IMG/VR virus record: IMGVR_UViG_3300037755_000354
Span: 1-51,355 of that record
Length of the DNA: 51,355 nt
DNA from: a virus
Taxonomy: Duplodnaviria > Caudoviricetes
Strand: one strand, 5' to 3'
Below the pieces are notes generated by a model. The model was not told the DNA's origin, did not search any database, and saw only the letters and a program-made list of their open reading frames with translations. How positions within the stretch are numbered: the first letter of the stretch is position 1; each line of letters opens with the position of its first letter. Below are positions 8,772-17,644 of this stretch, in pieces. The translations under genes and the position numbers were made by a program.

Positions 8772-9156
8772 GAGCGTGCAACCGATCGATTTCCCCAGCT
8801 TATTGCGCCTTTGGCCAGCAAGCGAAAAAAACACAGCCTATGCCGAACTCGCCGAAGACATGGGCGTGACGCCAAATCAGGCGCGGCAGTGGCTTAATCG
8901 AAATCAGCTCCCAACATCGTATTGGCCCCGCTTTCAAGACGTGCTCCGCAAAAAATTTGGAAAAATAATCACTGATGATCGCCTCGCACAGGCATTCGCC
9001 GAACACGCCAAGGACTTAAGTGCTCGGGCACGCAGATCTGCTGAAACCCGCAAGCGCAACCGCGCGGCAACCGCCGCAGATTGCAGCAATCCCGAAGAAC
9101 CCAAAACTCAAAACGCCCAAGAGGTTAATCATGGGTCCGACTCTCCGCGTCTCTGA
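8770..9156 (+). CDS. cro: Cro-like HTH protein
   Basis: ELAEDMGVTPNQARQWLNRNQLPTSYW; divergent from cI. Confidence 0.7.
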   Translation: MSVQPIDFPSLLRLWPASEKNTAYAELAEDMGVTPNQARQWLNRNQLPTSYWPRFQDVLRKKFGKIITDDRLAQAFAEHAKDLSARARRSAETRKRNRAATAADCSNPEEPKTQNAQEVNHGSDSPRL

Positions 9157-10819
9157 CCAAATTCATGCCGAAAAATATCGTTCCGAGGGGGAAACCTTTC
9201 GCGGCGCAATGAACCGCATCGCCGATGGCATGAAGGACAGTCAGACGCATTTCTATGCACTGCGTGACATTCTGCTCGACATGCGCTTTCTGCCGGCCGG
9301 TCGCATCCAGTCCGCTGTCGGCAGCGCGCGGCATGTGACGCCGATCAACTGTTTCGTCGGCCGCACCATCGAGGATTCGATGGACGGCATCATGAAGGCC
9401 GCGACGGAATGCGCAAAGACGCTGCGCATGGGTGGCGGCTGGGGCGGCGACTTCTCAACGATAAGACCGTCCGGCGATATGATCCGCTCGCTGCAGTCGA
9501 CGGCATCGGGCCCGGTCAGCTTCATGAACGTGTTCAATTCCGTGTGCGGCACTGTCTGCTCTGCCGGCCACCGCCGCGGCGCGATGATGGGCATTCTGCG
9601 CGTCGACCATCCCGACATTCTCAAATTCATCCGCGCGAAGTCCGACCGCACCAGCCTGACGAATTTCAACATCTCGGTTGCCATCACGAACGAATTCATG
9701 CGCGCCGTCGAGCGCGACGAACGTTTCGATCTGAAATTCGAGGGCCGCGTTTATTCCACGGTACGCGCCGCCGATCTCTGGGCGGAAATCATGCGCTCGA
9801 ATTGGGATTGGGCTGAGCCTGGCGTGATCTTCATCGACAATGTGAATTCGCAGAACAACCTGCATTATTGCGAAATCATTGCCAGCACGAATCCATGCGC
9901 CGAGCAGCCCTTGCCGCCATTCGGGGCCTGCCTGCTCGGATCGTTCAACCTGGTCCGCTACATCTTCAAGAGCGGGCATTCCTACGATTTCGAATATGAG
10001 CAATTCCGCGCGGATATTCCGCATGTCGTGCGCGCGATGGACAACATCATCGACGATGCGATTTATCCGCTGCCGCAACAGGCGGCGGAAGAAGTCAGCA
10101 AGCGCCGTATGGGGCTTGGCGTTACCGGGGCGGCAAACGCGATCGAGGCGCTCGGCTATGCTTACGGCTCGCCGGAATTCGTCAATGTCCTGTCAGGCAT
10201 TCTGACGACCTTGCGCGATGAGGCGTACCGGGCATCGTGCGACCTGGCCGAAGAGCGCGGCGCGTTCTCTCTTTTCGTTCCGGAAAACTACTGCGACTCC
10301 CCGTTCATCCGGTCCCTGCCTTCCGACCTGCAGGCGCGCATTCTGGCAACCGGCATCCGCAATTCGCATCTCACATCGATCGCGCCAACCGGCACCATCT
10401 CGATGACGGCCGACAACATATCGAGCGGCATCGAACCGGTGTTCGCGCATGAGTATGAGCGCACGCTGATCACGCCGGACGGGCCGCAAGTCTACCAGAT
10501 GCAGGATTACGGCTTGGCGCGGTTCGGCGTGCGCGGCGTGACGGCGGCAGAATGCTCTGTCGACGATCATCTCGGCGTGCTGTGCGCGGCGCAGAAATAC
10601 GTCGACAGCGCCGTTTCCAAAACCTGCAACGTCGGGGTAGATGTCACCTGGGAAGAGTTTCAGGAGCTCTATTTCAAGGCGTGGCGCGACGGCGCGAAGA
10701 GCTGCTCGACATTCCGGCCGTCCGGTGAGCGTGCCGGTATTTTGAAGGCCAAGGAAACGCCGGAAGACAAGGCTTGCCGCATTGATCCGGAGACCGGCGC
10801 CAGGTCGTGCGATGCCTAG
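9131..10819 (+). CDS. nrdJ: Class II (adenosylcobalamin-dependent) ribonucleotide reductase
   Basis: PAGRI, NCFV, RRGAMM, TNPCAEQ, RRMGLG, IAPTGTIS, C-terminal Cys pair; no small-subunit gene; RBS gagg. Confidence 0.9.
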   Translation: MGPTLRVSDQIHAEKYRSEGETFRGAMNRIADGMKDSQTHFYALRDILLDMRFLPAGRIQSAVGSARHVTPINCFVGRTIEDSMDGIMKAATECAKTLRMGGGWGGDFSTIRPSGDMIRSLQSTASGPVSFMNVFNSVCGTVCSAGHRRGAMMGILRVDHPDILKFIRAKSDRTSLTNFNISVAITNEFMRAVERDERFDLKFEGRVYSTVRAADLWAEIMRSNWDWAEPGVIFIDNVNSQNNLHYCEIIASTNPCAEQPLPPFGACLLGSFNLVRYIFKSGHSYDFEYEQFRADIPHVVRAMDNIIDDAIYPLPQQAAEEVSKRRMGLGVTGAANAIEALGYAYGSPEFVNVLSGILTTLRDEAYRASCDLAEERGAFSLFVPENYCDSPFIRSLPSDLQARILATGIRNSHLTSIAPTGTISMTADNISSGIEPVFAHEYERTLITPDGPQVYQMQDYGLARFGVRGVTAAECSVDDHLGVLCAAQKYVDSAVSKTCNVGVDVTWEEFQELYFKAWRDGAKSCSTFRPSGERAGILKAKETPEDKACRIDPETGARSCDA

Positions 10820-11048
10820 AAAAGTCGGGAAATTCACCGAAGCCGACGCGGCCGCTTTGGCGCTCATCAAGGCGTGCGGTTTCGTCGGCGTCGACCGCGG
10901 CAATTTCTACCTCGAATCCAATCGGCAAATCGGTTCGTGGCGCATCCATCGGCTTGTCGAGCACGGCTATCTTGTTCCTTCCCATGATTACCTCCTGGGG
11001 GGGGTATCGCAGACTTATCGGCCTGTGGAGGCTGGTGATGCTGCTTGA
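10812..11048 (+). CDS. Hypothetical protein
   Basis: Overlaps the RNR stop; ends in phage-typical EAGDAA. Confidence 0.6.
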   Translation: MPRKVGKFTEADAAALALIKACGFVGVDRGNFYLESNRQIGSWRIHRLVEHGYLVPSHDYLLGGVSQTYRPVEAGDAA

Positions 11049-11829
11049 CCCTTACAGAGATATCCAGGCCAAGACCGGGGCAAAGCGCTTCTGGACGACG
11101 CGCGAAGAGAAAATCTTGCGCGAGAACTACGCCGAGCACGGTGCGGAACATTGCGCGAAACTGCTGCCCGGGCGGCCGATCGGCGCGGTGTATCAGCACG
11201 CGCACAAGATGGGTTTGAAGGGCAAGCATCATACCAATCCGGATTTTCGCAAGCGCTGGACGACAAGCGAGCAAATCGACGCCGTTATCCGCCGCGCCTA
11301 TCAGCAGAGCGAACCCAAGCGCGACCTTATTGCGAAGACCGCTCAGACTGTCGGGCGTCCGCGCTGGTGGGTCTCGAAACGCGCGCAGGCACTTGGCATC
11401 GTCGCGCCGCGCTTCAAGGAGCCGCCCTGGACGCAAGGCGAAATCGACCTGGCCGAAGCGCATGCGCACAAGCACCTGGCGACAATCAGGCGGATACTGA
11501 AACGGCACGGGTTCAGCCGCACGGAAACCGCCATCAAGGTCAAGCTGGTGCGTATCGGCGCGATGCGTGAAGACCCGAACCACTACACCGCGCATGGCCT
11601 GGCCAAGCTGTTCGGCATCGATGTGAAGAGTGTCACGCGCTGGATTGAAACCGGCCGGCTTACCGCCAAGCGGCGTGGGACAGAACGCAGCGACAAGCAA
11701 GGCGGCGACATGTGGTGGATTCACCGTAAGCAGGTTCGCCGGTTCGTCGCCGAGAATGTCGCGGCCGTCGACTTCCGCAAGGTCGATAAATTCTGGCTCG
11801 TCGATTTGCTGGTGGGATTTGCGGAATGA
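11038..11829 (+). CDS. DNA-binding protein with Myb-like W-repeats and a C-terminal HTH
   Basis: WTTREEKILRENY, WTT, WTQGEID; LAKLFGIDVKSVTRWIETGRL. Confidence 0.7.
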   Translation: MLLDPYRDIQAKTGAKRFWTTREEKILRENYAEHGAEHCAKLLPGRPIGAVYQHAHKMGLKGKHHTNPDFRKRWTTSEQIDAVIRRAYQQSEPKRDLIAKTAQTVGRPRWWVSKRAQALGIVAPRFKEPPWTQGEIDLAEAHAHKHLATIRRILKRHGFSRTETAIKVKLVRIGAMREDPNHYTAHGLAKLFGIDVKSVTRWIETGRLTAKRRGTERSDKQGGDMWWIHRKQVRRFVAENVAAVDFRKVDKFWLVDLLVGFAE

Positions 11830-12569
11830 GAATTAGGATCATCAACGCGGACGCCATCGAAGCTTTGTCTGAACTTGAGGCCGAGAGCGTTCATTGCATC
11901 GTGACTGATCCACCATATGGGGAAACATCCCTGCGGTGGGATAACGCCTCTAATGGTTGGATTTCGGCCGTTCGTCGTGTCTTGAGGCGCGACGGCTCAA
12001 TGTGGGTTTTCGGTTCAATCCGCTCGCTAATGAGCTGCGATTGGAATGGATGGAATTTCGCTCAGGATGTGGTCTGGGAAAAACACAACGGCTCAAACTC
12101 TTTTGCCGATCGCTTCCGCCGCGTCCATGAGCATGCCGCTCAGTTTTATCGTTCGGATGCAAAGTGGCGTGATGTTTACAAGCAGCCGCTCTTCACCCAT
12201 GACGCGACCGCGCGAGCGGTAAGACGCAAGAAACGTCCACCGCAATGGGGTGAGATTGGCGAGAGCGTTTATGTGTCTCACGATGGCGGTCCACGGCTTA
12301 TGCGCTCGGTGATGTTCTGCCGGTCAATGCACGGCAAGGCTGAGCATCCGACACAGAAGCCAATCGAAATCATCTCGCCGCTCATTGAATACAGCTGTCC
12401 ACCCGGTGGGATTGTTTGTGACCCATTTCTAGGGAGCGGCACGAGTGCGCTCGCCGCTCAACTGCTGAAGCGTGCGTGTATCGGCATAGAGATTGATGCC
12501 GGTTACGTCGCAATCGCCAATCGCAGGCTCTCAGAGCAAGAGCAAGCAGAACTCGCGGGCGAGCAATGA
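11826..12569 (+). CDS. N4/N6 DNA methyltransferase (beta class)
   Basis: TDPPY, HPTQKP, DPFLGSGT. Confidence 0.92.
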   Translation: MRIRIINADAIEALSELEAESVHCIVTDPPYGETSLRWDNASNGWISAVRRVLRRDGSMWVFGSIRSLMSCDWNGWNFAQDVVWEKHNGSNSFADRFRRVHEHAAQFYRSDAKWRDVYKQPLFTHDATARAVRRKKRPPQWGEIGESVYVSHDGGPRLMRSVMFCRSMHGKAEHPTQKPIEIISPLIEYSCPPGGIVCDPFLGSGTSALAAQLLKRACIGIEIDAGYVAIANRRLSEQEQAELAGEQ

Positions 12570-12775
12570 CGCGCTGGCAAGATCCGGCGCTGCAAGAGCG
12601 TTTGGCTGAATTATCCGCACGCGGCATGAGCGCGGCGCAGATTGCCGCCGAGATCGGCGAGACGCGCGACGCCGTGAAAAGCGCAATGACACGGTACGGA
12701 TTGTTTGCATCGTCCGGCCGCAGACGAATTGGAAGTGGAAGAAGTGGAGTGAAAGAAAATGGCAATTTCTATTGA
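12566..12775 (+). CDS. Small HTH protein resembling the GcrA N-terminus
   Basis: LAELSARGMSAAQIAAEIGETRDAV. Confidence 0.65.
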   Translation: MTRWQDPALQERLAELSARGMSAAQIAAEIGETRDAVKSAMTRYGLFASSGRRRIGSGRSGVKENGNFY

Positions 12776-13544
12776 TAGTCTGCAGATGCGAAAGGCAGTG
12801 CTGCCGCCACGCGTCATGATATATGGCCCGCCCGGCGTCGGGAAAACGACGCTCGCTAGCGAGTTTCCCGATCCTGTGTTCCTGCAGATCGAAGACGGTA
12901 CGCCTGGCGATATCGAGCTGGCCTCGTTTGGCGTCTTGACCGATTACGATCAGGTGATCGAGGCGATCGGCACGCTCTATTCCGAAGAGCACGACCGCAA
13001 GACGGTCGTGGTGGATTCCATCGACAAGCTGGAGCCGCGCGTCTGGGACAAGACGAGCTCGGAGAATGGCTGGGCGTCGATCGAAACGCCTGGCTACGGC
13101 AAAGGCTATGTTGAGGCGGATCGGATCTGGCGCGACCTGCTCGAGGGGCTGAACGCGCTACGGCAGGATCGCGGCATGACCATCGTGCTGCTGTCGCACG
13201 CTCACGTCGTAAACTTCCCGAACCCGGCAGGCTCAGAATATCCGCGTTGGGATATCCGCCTGCACAAGCGCGCGCTCGGTCTGGTTCAGGATGAGGTCGA
13301 CGTCATCTTGCTGGTCAACCAGGAAGCGACGGTAAAGCAGGAAGAGTCCGGCTTTGGGAAAAAGCGCAGCCACGCCGCAGGGGGCTCGACACGCTGGATC
13401 TATTGCGACGGTCGCCCTGCCTGGGTGGCCAAGAACCGGTATTCGATGCCGGACAAGGTTCTCTACAAAAAAGGCGAAGGCTACGCCGCGCTCGCCCCGT
13501 TCTTCCCGCCGCTTGAATCCAAACCAAAGAAAAAAGCTGCCTGA
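12759..13544 (+). CDS. Sak4-like AAA ATPase / recombination protein
   Basis: GPPGVGKTT, VVDSID, GYGKGY, AKNR. Confidence 0.85.
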   Translation: MAISIDSLQMRKAVLPPRVMIYGPPGVGKTTLASEFPDPVFLQIEDGTPGDIELASFGVLTDYDQVIEAIGTLYSEEHDRKTVVVDSIDKLEPRVWDKTSSENGWASIETPGYGKGYVEADRIWRDLLEGLNALRQDRGMTIVLLSHAHVVNFPNPAGSEYPRWDIRLHKRALGLVQDEVDVILLVNQEATVKQEESGFGKKRSHAAGGSTRWIYCDGRPAWVAKNRYSMPDKVLYKKGEGYAALAPFFPPLESKPKKKAA

Positions 13545-13570
13545 CTGCAGCGTGAAAGGAGTATTGCGTT

Positions 13571-14092
13571 ATGGCAAATCTAGGCGAAACGTTTAATCCG
13601 GACGAAGTGCCGGAAGACGAATTCGAGCCGATCCCGGCCGGCGACTATCTTGTGCAGATCGTCGAATCGGAAATCGGCCCGACCAAGTCCGGCAACGGGC
13701 AAATTCTGAAGCTGACGCTTGAAATCCTGTCCGGCGAATATGAGCGCCGGCGGATCTGGGAGCGGATCAACATCGTCAATCAAAATCCGGATGCGCAACG
13801 TATCGCGCAGCAGCAGTTGAAGAAACTTTGCGACGCGCTCGGCACCGGTCCCATCCAGGATTCCGAAGAGCTGCATTTCAAGCCGGTGAATATCCACGTT
13901 GAAATTCGGCAGGACAAGTCGGGCCAGTACGGTCCGCAGAACGTCATTCGCAAGTTCTGGCCCGCGGACGGCGCCGAGCCTGCGAAGCCGGTCACGCAGC
14001 GACAATCTGCGCCTGCAGCCGCGCCAGCCAAGGCCGCGAGCGCGGCTACCGGGGCGCCGGGTAAACGTCCGTGGGGCAATCGCGCCGCGTGA
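13571..14092 (+). CDS. DUF669-like single-stranded DNA-binding protein
   Basis: FEPIPAGDY...; low-complexity tail ending PW; follows Sak4. Confidence 0.8.
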   Translation: MANLGETFNPDEVPEDEFEPIPAGDYLVQIVESEIGPTKSGNGQILKLTLEILSGEYERRRIWERINIVNQNPDAQRIAQQQLKKLCDALGTGPIQDSEELHFKPVNIHVEIRQDKSGQYGPQNVIRKFWPADGAEPAKPVTQRQSAPAAAPAKAASAATGAPGKRPWGNRAA

Positions 14093-14098
14093 CGTGGA

Positions 14099-14133
14099 GG
14101 ACGGCCGGATTTAGTCGCACGTACCGGCCGTCC
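14099..14133 (+). terminator. Stem-loop after the SSB gene
   Basis: GGACGGCCGG/CCGGCCGTCC inverted repeat. Confidence 0.45.
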
Positions 14134-14170
14134 CTTCAAAATCGAATTGTTTTTGTCCGGAGTCCTTTCG

Positions 14171-15097
14171 ATGGCGGAATTGCCCGCGCCTGTCCCACAC
14201 ACCGTAAACGCAATTTATGCCTGGCACGAGGCGCGCCGCTCCGGCGGCATGAGCGACGGCATCGCGATTTCCCAGCTCGGCGACGAATGCGACCGACGCC
14301 TCTGGTACGCCTTTCGCTGGATCTTCGCCGCAGAGTCATTTTCCGGCCGCATGCTGCGTTTGTTCGAGACCGGCGAGCGCGAAGAAGTGCGCATGCTCGC
14401 CGAGCTGCGCGCGATCGGCTGCGAAGTGAGCGGCGAGCAGGAGCGTGTTCGTGCCTGCGGCGAGCATCTGCGGGGCAAGCTGGACGGTCGTGTCATCGGT
14501 CTGCCGGAAGCGCCGAAGACCGAGCACATCATCGAATGCAAGACGCATTCGCTGAAGAACTTCAAGGCGGTGCAGAAGCACGGCGTCAAGCACGCCAAGT
14601 TCGCGCATTGGGTGCAGATGCAGATTTACATGCATCTTACCGGCCTGCAGCGCGCGCTCTATATGGCGCATTGCAAGGATACGGACGATCTGTACACCGA
14701 GCGCGTCGAGTACGATCTCGTCTTCTGTGCGCGCGCCGTTGCCAGGGCGGAGCGCATCATTGCCGCCCATGAGCCGCCGCAGAAGCTACACGAGAACCCG
14801 GCAAGCCGCGCCGCATTCCAGTGCAGCTACTGCCCTGCCAAGGGCGTCTGTCATGAGAGTGCCGAGCCTCGCCGGACGTGTCGCAGCTGCATCAGCGCCA
14901 CGCCGATCGCTGGTGGCTGGCATTGCGATCGTCTGAACATCCCGCTCGACCGCGACGCTCAGCAAAAGGGCTGTCCGGACCATCGCTATCTGCCGAAGCT
15001 CGTTCATGGCCAGCAGGTCGATTACGTGCTCGAGACGCATCAGCTGATTTACGAAATGCCAGACGGTTCGGAATGGATCGATGGAGGTTGCCAGTGA
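14171..15097 (+). CDS. Cas4-like PD-(D/E)xK exonuclease
   Basis: SQLGDECDRRLWY, GKLDG, IIECKT, QMQIYM, C-terminal Cys clusters. Confidence 0.85.
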   Translation: MAELPAPVPHTVNAIYAWHEARRSGGMSDGIAISQLGDECDRRLWYAFRWIFAAESFSGRMLRLFETGEREEVRMLAELRAIGCEVSGEQERVRACGEHLRGKLDGRVIGLPEAPKTEHIIECKTHSLKNFKAVQKHGVKHAKFAHWVQMQIYMHLTGLQRALYMAHCKDTDDLYTERVEYDLVFCARAVARAERIIAAHEPPQKLHENPASRAAFQCSYCPAKGVCHESAEPRRTCRSCISATPIAGGWHCDRLNIPLDRDAQQKGCPDHRYLPKLVHGQQVDYVLETHQLIYEMPDGSEWIDGGCQ

Positions 15098-15675
15098 TAC
15101 ACGCAGCCATCCCGACAAAATACAACCATGTGCAGTTCCGCTCACGCCTTGAGGCGCGTTGGGCCGCGTTTTTCGATTTCGCCGGATGGGAATGGCATTA
15201 CGAGCCGGTCGATATGAGCGGCTGGATCCCGGATTTCGTACTGGTCGGGAAGCATGGAAACAAAATTTATGTAGAGGTGAAGCCGATTTTTTGGCGTGCC
15301 GAAATGGGGAAGGTCGATGTTACTCCATTCTATTCAGATGAACTAAGAAAAATCAAAAATATAGCCCTGAGTTATCCAGACGACTTGTTGCTACTCGGTG
15401 CGAATATATTAAATCTCACCTGCTGGACGGGTGAGACCACCCGGCGCATTTTAGGGCTACTTTGTGACACACCAAATGCCGCTCTGCTATGCTTCAATAG
15501 CAATAAAGAACTGGATCTAACCGCTCACGAGAACACATATCGGCTTCGCATCAGCGGCGAATCTCATGACCCTCGCAGAGGGAAATACACCAGCAGTTGC
15601 ATAGTCGATCGTTTCTGGGCTGAAGCCGGCAATGCCGTTCAATGGCGGCGTCCGCGAGGTGCTGCCCATGCATGA
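15094..15675 (+). CDS. PD-(D/E)xK endonuclease-like protein
   Basis: FRSRLEARWAAFFD, WHYEP, IPDF, YVEVK; lower GC than neighbours. Confidence 0.75.
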   Translation: MIHAAIPTKYNHVQFRSRLEARWAAFFDFAGWEWHYEPVDMSGWIPDFVLVGKHGNKIYVEVKPIFWRAEMGKVDVTPFYSDELRKIKNIALSYPDDLLLLGANILNLTCWTGETTRRILGLLCDTPNAALLCFNSNKELDLTAHENTYRLRISGESHDPRRGKYTSSCIVDRFWAEAGNAVQWRRPRGAAHA

Positions 15676-17290
15676 GCTTCGCGATTATCAGCGTGCTGCG
15701 ATCGACGCCATCTACGCCTATTGGGAAAAGGGCGGTGGCAATCCGCTCGTCGAGCTCGCGACCGGCACCGGCAAGAGTCTCGTCGCCGCGATGCTCTGCA
15801 GGGAACTGCTCGAGCAATGGCCAGATCTTCGGATCGGCGTCGTCGCGCATGTGAAAGAGCTTATCGCGCAGAACTGCCAGGAGATGATCCGGACGTGGCC
15901 GGGTGCGCCGGTCGGAATTTATTCCGCGGGGATCGGGCGGCGCGATCGCAGCGCCAAGATTCTCTTTTGCGGGATTCAGTCCGTCTACAACAAGGTGGAC
16001 CAGCTCGGCGGCTTCGACGTCCTGATCATCGACGAAGCGCACATGATCCCGCGCAAGTCGCAAACGATGTATGGCGGCTTTCTGGACGCCTGCCGCAAAC
16101 GCGTTCCGGATATGCGAATTATCGGACTGACGGCGACGCCCTATCGGCTTGACAGCGGCCGGTTGGCGGGCGGCAAGGACTCCCTTTTCGACAAGATCGT
16201 CTATTCCTACGGCGTTGGCGAGGGCGTGCGCGATGGCTATCTTTCGCCGCTCGTCTCGAAAGCCACGCTCGCGGAAATCAACGTCGACCAGGTTGCAGTG
16301 CGCGGCGGCGAATTCGTTCCGCTCGAGCTGCAGGCCGCGGCCTGCGACAACGCCATTGTATCGGCGGCGACGGCCGAGCTCGTGCGCATGGGGAAGGATC
16401 GCCGCGCCTGGCTCGTCTTCTGCACTGGCGTGTCTCATGCCTGGGATGTGGCGAAGCAAATTCGCACTCATGGCGTTGGCGGTGTCGAAGTCATCAGCGG
16501 CGAGACGCCTGCAGGTGAGCGCGATCGGCTGATAAACGCATTCCGCGCAGGTCAGATCCGCTGCCTGGTCAACGTCAATGTTCTGACGACCGGATTCAAC
16601 GTGCCGCATGTCGATCTTGTTGGCCTCATGCGGCCGACGCTCTCCACCGGGCTCTATGTGCAGATGCTCGGGCGCGGCACGCGCCTTTCCGACGCCAAGG
16701 AAGATTGCCTGGTACTCGACTGGGGCGGCAACGTTCGCCGGCACGGGCCGGTCGATGACGTCTATGTCAAGGACAAGTCACGCCGGGGCGATTCAGGACG
16801 CGTGAAGGTCGATAGCGTGCGCGCCAAGGAGTGCCCGAACTGCCATTCGCTCACCGGGTTGGCGAGCGCTGCATGCCGGGATTGCGGCTATGAATGGCCG
16901 CGCGATACGTCGCCGAAACACGACGCACAGGCCGATGGAACGACGAGCGTCATGGCCGCGGCGGCGCCGAAATGGCTTCAGGTCAACGAAATCGAATTCG
17001 AGCGTCACAACCCGAAGGAAAGCGGCAAGCCGCCCACCTTGCGCGCCGAGTACTACTGCGGTCCTGCCGTCCATAAGGAGTGGGTTTGCTTTGAACATGA
17101 CGGCTTTCCGCGCCGCAAGGCTGAGGAATGGTGGCGACGGATGGGCGGGAACTATCCCGTTCCCGATACAGTCAAGGACGCTCTCAGCCGCGTCGAAGAG
17201 CTCGACTGGCCGCGCGAAATCTGCGTCAGGCCTGATGGGAAATTCTTTCGCATCGTCAGCCGAAAAATGCCGTCAAGGGAGGCCGCATGA
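15668..17290 (+). CDS. SF2 DEAH-box helicase with Zn ribbon
   Basis: TGTGKS, DEAH, TATP, QMLGRGTR, CPNC...CRDC. Confidence 0.93.
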   Translation: MHELRDYQRAAIDAIYAYWEKGGGNPLVELATGTGKSLVAAMLCRELLEQWPDLRIGVVAHVKELIAQNCQEMIRTWPGAPVGIYSAGIGRRDRSAKILFCGIQSVYNKVDQLGGFDVLIIDEAHMIPRKSQTMYGGFLDACRKRVPDMRIIGLTATPYRLDSGRLAGGKDSLFDKIVYSYGVGEGVRDGYLSPLVSKATLAEINVDQVAVRGGEFVPLELQAAACDNAIVSAATAELVRMGKDRRAWLVFCTGVSHAWDVAKQIRTHGVGGVEVISGETPAGERDRLINAFRAGQIRCLVNVNVLTTGFNVPHVDLVGLMRPTLSTGLYVQMLGRGTRLSDAKEDCLVLDWGGNVRRHGPVDDVYVKDKSRRGDSGRVKVDSVRAKECPNCHSLTGLASAACRDCGYEWPRDTSPKHDAQADGTTSVMAAAAPKWLQVNEIEFERHNPKESGKPPTLRAEYYCGPAVHKEWVCFEHDGFPRRKAEEWWRRMGGNYPVPDTVKDALSRVEELDWPREICVRPDGKFFRIVSRKMPSREAA

Positions 17291-17643
17291 CACATCCGCT
17301 TGCATCGGACGAACATATTCTTTGCGCGGTCTGCCGGGGCCGAGCGGGCGCGCTCGGTTACAAGCCGTCGCGGCATCAGCCGGCGCTCTGGCTCTGCGAT
17401 GACGCACTCTGTCAATCACTCGTGAAAAAGGTCCACGCCATGCCGAAAGAAACGCTCGACGCATATGAATACAAGGCGGCGATCGCAGCCGGCGACGAGG
17501 CTGGCGAGTATCTCGACCAGATCGGCAAGACCGACCTGGCCGCGCTCGATCGCGATGAGTGGGAAGAATTTCTTGGCCGCATCGTCATGGGCTTCCAGCT
17601 CGAGATGCGCCGGCTGATTTCATCCAATGAGGCACCGTTCTGA
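17287..17643 (+). CDS. DUF6511-like phage protein
   Basis: CAVC...C...C; AGEYLDQIGKTDLA; position between helicase and primase. Confidence 0.65.
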   Translation: MTHPLASDEHILCAVCRGRAGALGYKPSRHQPALWLCDDALCQSLVKKVHAMPKETLDAYEYKAAIAAGDEAGEYLDQIGKTDLAALDRDEWEEFLGRIVMGFQLEMRRLISSNEAPF

Positions 17644-17644
17644 C

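Noticed and set aside
10997-11004. G8 tract as a phase-variation site
   Set aside because: Short, both flanking ORFs are intact, and there is no evidence of length variation
14171-15097. Cas4-like gene as CRISPR-associated
   Set aside because: It sits in the standard Sak4-SSB-nuclease-helicase replication/recombination module
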